A stretch of 32,000 bases of DNA from Phycisphaera mikurensis NBRC 102666 (lineage in GTDB: Bacteria > Planctomycetota > Phycisphaerae > Phycisphaerales > Phycisphaeraceae): the NCBI RefSeq assembly GCF_000284115.1, contig NC_017080.1, positions 480,001-512,000 of the forward strand, read 5' to 3'. Positions within the stretch are counted from its first letter, which is position 1. Every line of letters begins with the position of its first letter. Made by a program: the position numbers and the translations under genes. The notes beneath the pieces were generated by a model. It was given only the letters and a program-made list of their open reading frames with translations, searched no databases and had not been told where the DNA came from. Shown piece after piece: positions 25,673 through 32,000 of the stretch.

Positions 25673-28363
25673 TCAGGCTTGGGGCGCCTCTTCGGCCACG
25701 GCTTCCTCGGCCTCGCCCTCGTCCTTGATCGGGCTCACGGCGGCGAGCTTGTCGCCGTCCTTCACGTTGATCACGCGGACGCCGGCGGAGTCGCGGTGGG
25801 TCTGGCGGACGTCGTCGCTGGCGATGCGGACGATCATGCCGCCGCTGGTGATGCAGACGAGGCCGTCGCCGGGCTCGACGCGCTTGATCGTGACGACCCG
25901 CCCGTTGCGGGAGGTGGTCTTGATGTCGCGGCGGCCCTTGCCGCCGCGGCCCTGCACGCTGGTCTCGCCGTCTTCGCTCTGCCGCAGGTACTCGGCGGTG
26001 GGCGTGCGCTTGCCGTAACCGTTCTCGGTGACCGAGAGCAGGTCGCTGGCGTCGTCCTGGTCGCAGCGGACGACGCCGACGACGGAGTCGCCGGAGCCCA
26101 GCGCGATCCCCTTCACGCCCGCGGCGTTGCGGCCCATGGCCCGGGCGTCGTCGGCGCGGAAGCGGATCGCCATGCCGCTGGCGGTGCCCAGGATGACGTG
26201 GTCGTCGTCGCCGACGTGCTTGACGCCGATGAGCTTGTCGCCGTCGCGGAGGCCCACGGCGATCAGGCCGCCGGAATGCACGTTGCGGTAGTCGGCGAGC
26301 GCGGTCCGCTTGACCAGGCCGTTGGCCGTCGAGAACAGCAGGAAGTCCTCGCCTTTCTCGAAGTCGGCGATGGGCATGAACTCGACGACCCGCTCCTCCG
26401 CCCCCAGGTTCATCACGTTCACGATCGCCCGGCCCTTGCTCGTCCGCGTGCCCTCGGGGATCTCGTACACCTTCTTCTTGAAGACCCGGCCGGTGTCGGT
26501 GAAGCACAGCAGGTCGTCGTGGCTGCTGGCCACGAGCACCTCGGTGGTGAAGTCCTGCTCCTCGTCGGCGGCGCCGCCGACGGCGTTGGCCACGCTCCCG
26601 CGGACGCCGCGGCCGCCGCGCGCTTGCTGCCGGAACTCTTCGGCGGCGATCCGCTTCACGTAGCCGCGGTGGGTGATGGTCACCACCGCCTGGTGCTCGG
26701 CGATCATGTCGCCCATGTCGAAGCCGGAGATCTCCTGGTCGGTGATTTGCGTCCGCCGCGGGTTGGCGTACTTGTCCCGCATCGTCGAGACGTCCTCGAG
26801 CAGGATCCCGTCGATCCGCTCGGGCCGCGCGAGGATGTCCTCGTAGTCCTCGATGGCCTCGACGAGCTTGGCGTAGTCGGCGACCAGCTTCTCGATCTCC
26901 AGGCCCACGAGCTGGATGAGCTGCAGGCGGCCGATCGCCTCGGCCTGCACGCGGGAGAGCGCGACCTCGTTCTCGGCGGAAGCCGCTCTCAGGCGATCGG
27001 GGATCGACGGCGCCGCGGGGTGGTCCGGGTCGATGCGGAAGCCGCGGGCCATGAGCTTCTCGATCGCCTCGTCCCGCGTGGTGGACGAGCGGATCAGCCG
27101 GATCACCTCGTCGATGTCCAGCACCGCGTAGATCAGGCCCTCGATGCGGTGGGCCTCGATCTGCGCCTGCTTGAGCCGGTACGCCGTCTTGCGGCGGATG
27201 ACGTCGCGGCGGTGGCCGACGTACTCGTCGAGCATCTCGCGGAGCGTGAGCGTCCGCGGCTGGCCGCGGACCAGGGCCAGCGAGTGGATCGGGAAGGTCG
27301 ACTGCAGCGGGGTGAGCGCGTAGAGCTGGTTCTCGACCGTGTGGGGGTCGGCGCCCATCTTCAGCTCGATCACCAGCCGCATGCCCACGCGGTTGCTGCT
27401 CTCGTCGGTGATGGCGGAGATCTCGGTGAGCTTGCCGCTGGCTCGGGCCAGCTTCACCTTGGCGACCACGCCGTCGTTCTTCTGCACCTGGTAGGGCAGC
27501 TCGGTGACGACCAGCAGGTTCCGCTTGCCGCGGGTCTCGTGGTGGACCTTCGCGCGCAGGTAGGCCCGGCCGCGGCCGGTGCGGTAGGCCTGGGCAACGC
27601 CGCCGCGGCCCATGAGGATGCCGCCGGTGGGGAAGTCGGGCCCGGGGATGAGCTGGAAGAGCTCGGCGGTGTCGAGGTCGGGGTTCGCCACGATCGCCTC
27701 GATGGCGTCGCACACCTCGCCGAGGTTGTGGGGGGCCAGCGAGGTGGCCATGCCCACGGCGATGCCGGTGCCGCCGTTGACCAGCAGGTTGGGGAACTTG
27801 CCGGGGAGGTACTGCGGCTCGGTGGTGACGTCGTCGTAGGTCGGCTGCCAGTCGACCGTGTCGAGCTTGAGGTCCTCGAGCAGCTCGGCGGCCGGACCGG
27901 CCATGCGGGCCTCGGTGTACCGCATGGCGGCGGGGGGGTCGGGGTCGACGCTGCCGAAGTTGCCCTGCGGGTCGACGAGGGTGTGGCGGTACTTCCAGTC
28001 CTGGCCCATGTTCACGAGGGCGCCGTAGAGCGACAGCTCGCCGTGGGGGTGGTAGTTGCCGGTGGTGTCGCCGACGATCTTGGCGCACTTGCGGTGCTTG
28101 CTGCTGGGCCGCAGGTTCAGGTCGTTGAGCGAGACCAGCAGCCGCCGCTGCGAGGGCTTCAGGCCGTCGCGGACGTCGGGCAGGGCCCGGTCGACGATGG
28201 TCGACATCGCGTAGGTGAGGTAGCTGTCCGCCAGTTCGCGCTCGATGGACAGGTCGGTGACCCCGCCGCCGGACACCGCCGCGACGCCGGGGGCGCCGGG
28301 CGTTTCAGGCGTCTCCGGGGGCTGGGAGGGGGCGAGATCTTCGGGGTTGAAATCGTCGGCCAT
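25673..28363 (-). CDS. gyrA: DNA gyrase subunit A
   Basis: 896 aa; [47 protein letters not shown] catalytic Tyr region, GyrA-box-like [11 protein letters not shown]. Confidence 0.95.
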   Translation of the reverse strand: MADDFNPEDLAPSQPPETPETPGAPGVAAVSGGGVTDLSIERELADSYLTYAMSTIVDRALPDVRDGLKPSQRRLLVSLNDLNLRPSSKHRKCAKIVGDTTGNYHPHGELSLYGALVNMGQDWKYRHTLVDPQGNFGSVDPDPPAAMRYTEARMAGPAAELLEDLKLDTVDWQPTYDDVTTEPQYLPGKFPNLLVNGGTGIAVGMATSLAPHNLGEVCDAIEAIVANPDLDTAELFQLIPGPDFPTGGILMGRGGVAQAYRTGRGRAYLRAKVHHETRGKRNLLVVTELPYQVQKNDGVVAKVKLARASGKLTEISAITDESSNRVGMRLVIELKMGADPHTVENQLYALTPLQSTFPIHSLALVRGQPRTLTLREMLDEYVGHRRDVIRRKTAYRLKQAQIEAHRIEGLIYAVLDIDEVIRLIRSSTTRDEAIEKLMARGFRIDPDHPAAPSIPDRLRAASAENEVALSRVQAEAIGRLQLIQLVGLEIEKLVADYAKLVEAIEDYEDILARPERIDGILLEDVSTMRDKYANPRRTQITDQEISGFDMGDMIAEHQAVVTITHRGYVKRIAAEEFRQQARGGRGVRGSVANAVGGAADEEQDFTTEVLVASSHDDLLCFTDTGRVFKKKVYEIPEGTRTSKGRAIVNVMNLGAEERVVEFMPIADFEKGEDFLLFSTANGLVKRTALADYRNVHSGGLIAVGLRDGDKLIGVKHVGDDDHVILGTASGMAIRFRADDARAMGRNAAGVKGIALGSGDSVVGVVRCDQDDASDLLSVTENGYGKRTPTAEYLRQSEDGETSVQGRGGKGRRDIKTTSRNGRVVTIKRVEPGDGLVCITSGGMIVRIASDDVRQTHRDSAGVRVINVKDGDKLAAVSPIKDEGEAEEAVAEEAPQA

Positions 28364-28511
28364 GGCAAAGCTCCAGCCGCTCGGCGGGGGGCCGGGCGGG
28401 GGCGGAGTTTAGGTGATCCGAGCGTGGTGGGGGGCCGCATCCCACGTATCCTCCCGCCCCCCTGGAGCCGTGTGGCCGTGGGGTCCGATCCTCCCGCGGA
28501 GCCCTCGGGAG

Positions 28512-29627
28512 GTGCAACCTCCCCTGGAGCTGGTCATCGAAGCTGGCATCGTCGGTCTCCCCAACGTCGGCAAGTCGACGCTGTTCAACGCGCTCACGGC
28601 GGCGGGGGCGCTGGCCGCGAACTACCCCTTCGCCACGATCGAGCCCAACGTGGGCGTGGTGCCCGTGCCCGACGGCCGGCTGGAGCGGATCCACGCCCAC
28701 ATTGCCACCGAGAAGGTGATCCCCGCCGCGCTGCGGCTGGTGGACATCGCCGGCATCGTGAAGGGAGCCTCCACGGGCGAGGGCATGGGCAACAAGTTCC
28801 TGTCGCACATCCGCAACGTCGACGCGGTGCTGCACGTGGTGCGGTGCTTCGAGGATCCCGACATCACCCACGTCGACGGCGCGGTCGACCCGATCCGCGA
28901 CATCGAGACGATCGAGCTGGAGCTGCTGCTGGCCGACATCGAAGCCGTCGACAACGCGCTGCCCAAGGCGCAGCGGGCGGCCAAGAGCGGCGACAAGGAA
29001 ACCAAGGCGCGGGTGTCGATGTTGGAGAAGGCCAAGCAGCTGCTCGACGCCGAGAAGCCGCTGCGGCTGCTGGAGCCGACGCCCGACGAGGCGAAAGAGG
29101 CGAAGGCCTTCGGCTTCCTGACCGCCAAGCCGGTCCTCTACGTGTGCAACGTCGACGAGGAGGCGCTGCCGGAAGGGGTGAACGAGCACGTGCGAAAGGT
29201 GCAGGCCCGGGCCGAGGAACGCGGCGGCGAAACGGTCAGCGTGTGCGCGAAGCTGGAGGCGGAGCTGGCCGAGCTCGACGAGGGCGACCGGGCGGAGATG
29301 CTCGAAGCCGTGGGGCTCGGCGAGCCGGCGCTGGCCCCGCTGGCCCGCGCCGCCTACCGGCTGCTGGGGCTGTCGAGCTACTTCACGGCGGGGCCGATGG
29401 AGATCCGGGCGTGGACGATCCCCGCGGGCGCGACCGGGCCGCAGGCGGCCGGTGTGATCCACACCGACTTCGAGAAGGCCTTCATCCGGGCGGAGGTCTA
29501 CGGCGTCGACGACCTCGAGGCGCACGGCAACGAGAAGGCGATCCGCGAGAAGGGCAAGCTGCGGATCGAGGGCAAGGACTACGTCGTGCAGGACGGCGAC
29601 GTGTGCCACTTCCTCACCTCCGCCTGA
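28512..29627 (+). CDS. ychF: Redox-regulated GTPase/ATPase YchF (OLA1 family)
   Basis: [22 protein letters not shown]...[18 protein letters not shown]...[31 protein letters not shown]...[30 protein letters not shown]; GTG start at 28512 is the best in-frame candidate. Confidence 0.95.
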   Translation: MQPPLELVIEAGIVGLPNVGKSTLFNALTAAGALAANYPFATIEPNVGVVPVPDGRLERIHAHIATEKVIPAALRLVDIAGIVKGASTGEGMGNKFLSHIRNVDAVLHVVRCFEDPDITHVDGAVDPIRDIETIELELLLADIEAVDNALPKAQRAAKSGDKETKARVSMLEKAKQLLDAEKPLRLLEPTPDEAKEAKAFGFLTAKPVLYVCNVDEEALPEGVNEHVRKVQARAEERGGETVSVCAKLEAELAELDEGDRAEMLEAVGLGEPALAPLARAAYRLLGLSSYFTAGPMEIRAWTIPAGATGPQAAGVIHTDFEKAFIRAEVYGVDDLEAHGNEKAIREKGKLRIEGKDYVVQDGDVCHFLTSA

Positions 29628-29690
29628 CGGGGCCGATCGGCGAGGTGCCCGCCGCCAAGGCGGCTCGCACCCTTCGCGGGGGTGCGGAGC

Positions 29691-29736
29691 CCGCGGACCG
29701 CCACGCTTGCGGCGCGTGCGACGCGACGGTCCGCGG
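29691..29736. repeat. Intergenic palindromic element with CCGCGGACCG / CGGTCCGCGG arms
   Basis: 10-bp perfect arms, same core as elements at 5329-5376 and 16741-16788. Confidence 0.7.
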
Positions 29737-29798
29737 CGGTGCGGCCTAGCATAAGGTTGGGGAGTGTTCGGTCCTGTCGGCCCCGCGGAGCGGAATCC

Positions 29799-31079
29799 TT
29801 GGAGACGATCGTCAAGCTGAAGGTGCTCGCCGACGCGGCGAAGTACGACGCCAGCTGCGCGTCGTCGGGCTCGAAGCGGAGCAACACCCGAGGCGGGCTG
29901 GGCAACAGCGACGGGACGGGCATCTGCCACAGCTACACGCCGGACGGGCGGTGCGTGTCGCTCTTGAAGATCCTCTTCACGAACCACTGCGTCTACGACT
30001 GCCGCTACTGCATCAACCGCGTGAGCAACGACGTGAAACGGGCGCGCTTCAGCGTCGACGAGGTGGTGGACCTCACGATCGGCTTCTACAAGCGCAACTA
30101 CATCGAGGGGTTGTTCTTGTCCTCGGGCGTCATCCGCGACCCCGACTACACGATGGACCAGCTCACCGAGGTCGCCCGGAAGCTGCGCGAGGATCACCGC
30201 TTCAACGGGTACATCCACCTCAAGGCGGTGGTCGGCGCGAGCGAGGAGGCGCTGATGCGGGCCGGGAAGCACGCGGATCGGCTCTCCGCGAACATCGAGC
30301 TGCCCAGCCAGGAGGACCTCGACAAGCTGGCGCCCGAGAAGACGATCGACGGAGCCGAGGGCGCGATGACGTCGATCAAGGGCGGGCTGGACGCGTCGGC
30401 CGGCAGGCAGACCGACGCGGCGAAGGCGTCCTCGCTCACGCGGGGCCGGGCCGCTCTGGGCCGCCGCGACCGCTTCGCGCCGGCGGGGCAGAGCACGCAG
30501 ATGATCGTGGGGGCCACGGCCACCCCCGACGCGGACATCCTCGCCACGGCGAACCGCCTGTACGGGCGGCACGGCCTCAAGCGGGTCTACTACACGGCCT
30601 ATTCGCCGATCGAGAAGGGGCACTACGACCTTCCGACCAAGGCGCCGCCGCTGGTCCGTGAGCACCGGCTGTACCAGAGCGACTGGCTGCTGCGCTTCTA
30701 CGGCTTCGGCATCGACGAGCTGCGGCAGGGCGTGGTCGGCGCCGATGGGAACCTCGACCTGGAGGTCGACCCGAAGACTGCGTGGGCGCTGGCGAACCGC
30801 CACTTCTTCCCGGTCGACCTCAACCGCGCCCCGCGGGAGTCGATGCTGCGGGTGCCGGGGCTGGGCGTGCGGACGGTGAACCGGCTGATCGGGATCCGCA
30901 GGCACCGCAGCATCCGCCTGGAGGACCTCAAGAAGCTGCGGGTGGCGATGAAGCGGTGCTCGCCCTTCGTCGTCGCGGCGGACGGCTGGGGCGGGACGCG
31001 CGGGCTCGACGCCGACGGGCTGCGGGCGCAGCTGGTCGGGACCCGCAAGGACGTCCCGCAGCTGTCGCTGTTCGCCTGA
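29799..31079 (+). CDS. Putative DNA modification/repair radical SAM protein (TIGR03916-like)
   Basis: TTG start; LKVLADAAKYDASCASSGSKRS...GICHSYTPDGRCVSLLKILFTNHCVYDCRYCINR...; C-terminal helix-hairpin-helix-like LRVPGLGVRTVNRLIGIRR. Confidence 0.88.
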   Translation: METIVKLKVLADAAKYDASCASSGSKRSNTRGGLGNSDGTGICHSYTPDGRCVSLLKILFTNHCVYDCRYCINRVSNDVKRARFSVDEVVDLTIGFYKRNYIEGLFLSSGVIRDPDYTMDQLTEVARKLREDHRFNGYIHLKAVVGASEEALMRAGKHADRLSANIELPSQEDLDKLAPEKTIDGAEGAMTSIKGGLDASAGRQTDAAKASSLTRGRAALGRRDRFAPAGQSTQMIVGATATPDADILATANRLYGRHGLKRVYYTAYSPIEKGHYDLPTKAPPLVREHRLYQSDWLLRFYGFGIDELRQGVVGADGNLDLEVDPKTAWALANRHFFPVDLNRAPRESMLRVPGLGVRTVNRLIGIRRHRSIRLEDLKKLRVAMKRCSPFVVAADGWGGTRGLDADGLRAQLVGTRKDVPQLSLFA

Positions 31080-31090
31080 CGCGGCGGGCT

Positions 31091-31107
31091 TAGCGCACCG
31101 TGCGCTA
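31091..31107 (+). terminator. Perfect hairpin TAGCGCAC-C-GTGCGCTA after the radical SAM gene, possible terminator
   Basis: 8-bp perfect arms 11 nt after the stop codon; no strong T tract. Confidence 0.4.
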
Positions 31108-31245
31108 TTCCCCGAACGCCTCTGCGGGCGAGTCGTGCCCCTCGCTTCGTCGGCTGCATCGCCCTGCAGGGGCAGGGCTGCTTCGCCTCCTCACGAGGAA
31201 CACGACGCGCGGACGCAGGCCGATCGGGGAATCGCGCACGATGCT

Positions 31246-31412
31246 CTAGCAGGCCGCTGCAGAACCTCGCGTCAGGCGAGAGCGCGGCAGAATCGTGTCT
31301 CGCGAGGAGAGCGGGACCCGCGTAGCCGTCTACTACGTGGGTTACGCTCGACGAAGCGAGACGCGATTCTGCCCGCTCGCAGCCCCGATGGGGTTCTGCA
31401 GCGGCCTGCTAG
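31246..31412. mobile_element. Candidate MITE-like palindromic element, 167 bp
   Basis: 21-bp perfect inverted ends CTAGCAGGCCGCTGCAGAACC / GGTTCTGCAGCGGCCTGCTAG, TA at both ends, and nested imperfect internal inverted repeats over most of the length. Confidence 0.6.
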
Positions 31413-32000
31413 GCGGCGCGGCGGAGCGGTGAGGCCTGCGCCGGCGCAAAGGCGGCGACGAGCCGGGTGCGGGCCTCGGTGGCGGCGCAGGCCGCCCAAA
31501 CGGCGTCGCGACGCTGCGGCGGGCAGCGGTCGGCGAAGGCGGCGGCGACGCGGGCTTGCGCCAAGCGGAGGTCGCCGCCGAGGCCGACCTCTTCTTCGTC
31601 GGAGACGGGGCCTTCGAGGCGGCCGGGCAGGATCCCGGCGTCGAGGCAGCGGCAGGCCCGCGCGAAGGCGTGTGCCGCGGCGCCGCCGCCATTGACGCCG
31701 GTGTCGATGGCGAGCACCTCGGGCCGGGCGAAGGTCACCGGCAGCGCCCGATCGTGGCGGAGCAGCAGCGAGAGCAGGTCGGTGCGGAGCGGCTCGGCGC
31801 CGGCACCCAGGGGGCCGTCGGCCACCCACCACCAGCGGCGGTGGGGCTGCCGGGCGGCGGTGGCGGCGGCGGCCCGGGCGGCGTGGGGCCGGAGACGCTG
31901 GCCCGCGCCGAGCACCGTGACCACCGGGGCGCGGGCACCGGCGGCGGCCACGCGGAGCGCCGCCGGGGTGTCGGCGTCGAGGGCGAGAAACTCGACGCCG
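31409..32000 (-). CDS. Hypothetical protein (N-terminal end outside the window)
   Basis: Open frame to the window edge (GVEFLALDADTPAALR...); stop TAG at 31411-31409 lies in the right arm of the 167-bp palindrome. No confident family. Confidence 0.55.
   Translation of the reverse strand, partial: GVEFLALDADTPAALRVAAAGARAPVVTVLGAGQRLRPHAARAAAATAARQPHRRWWWVADGPLGAGAEPLRTDLLSLLLRHDRALPVTFARPEVLAIDTGVNGGGAAAHAFARACRCLDAGILPGRLEGPVSDEEEVGLGGDLRLAQARVAAAFADRCPPQRRDAVWAACAATEARTRLVAAFAPAQASPLRRAA

Noticed and set aside
24961-26018. Plus-strand ORFs (24961..25413, 25257..26018) encoding a 47-aa repeat GFYIDGVDEPPVGGWLIHSVDVGLRG...
   Set aside because: A 141-bp unit is divisible by 3, so any stop-free frame stays open. 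The ORF runs antisense into gyrA, one array unit differs in length, and palindromic constraint explains the sequence better.
31246-31412. tRNA or known riboswitch in the palindromic region
   Set aside because: No anticodon/T-loop consensus seen; symmetry spans the whole element, more like an inverted-repeat element.

Overview
High-GC (about 70%+) bacterial chromosomal segment, probably planctomycete/Phycisphaerae-like. That placement is an inference from gene content; there is no rRNA in the window. Left end: a co-directional surface-polysaccharide operon with overlapping start/stop codons (partial rfbA, DUF115-like, glycosyltransferases, capsule-type protein, kdsB). Then a lipoprotein, a cytochrome c-PQQ sugar dehydrogenase fusion, a DUF748/AsmA-like protein, a truncated-globin-like lipoprotein, a CPA2 antiporter fused to an EIIA domain, a PAS protein and a class II photolyase. 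The most interesting block is a minus-strand trkH - rhodopsin - brp/blh cassette (about 16.7-20.1 kb). The rhodopsin belongs to the NDQ/KR2 sodium-pump lineage by motif, but carries N-D-S instead of N-D-Q, with further substitutions at remembered KR2 cytoplasmic uptake-side positions. Right half: a ClpP-class/NfeD-like protease, clpS, an alpha/beta hydrolase, an aldo/keto reductase, gyrA, ychF and a radical SAM DNA repair/modification protein. There are several unusual non-coding structures: a 37-copy, strictly in-register 8-bp array (GAAGCGRR); a roughly 140-bp tandem repeat array of nested hairpins running into the gyrA stop codon; a 167-bp near-complete palindrome with 21-bp perfect inverted ends flanked by TA; and three intergenic/3'-end hairpins sharing the CCGCGGACCG core. 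No CRISPR, tRNA or rRNA was recognised. All homology calls are from reading the sequences, not from searches.
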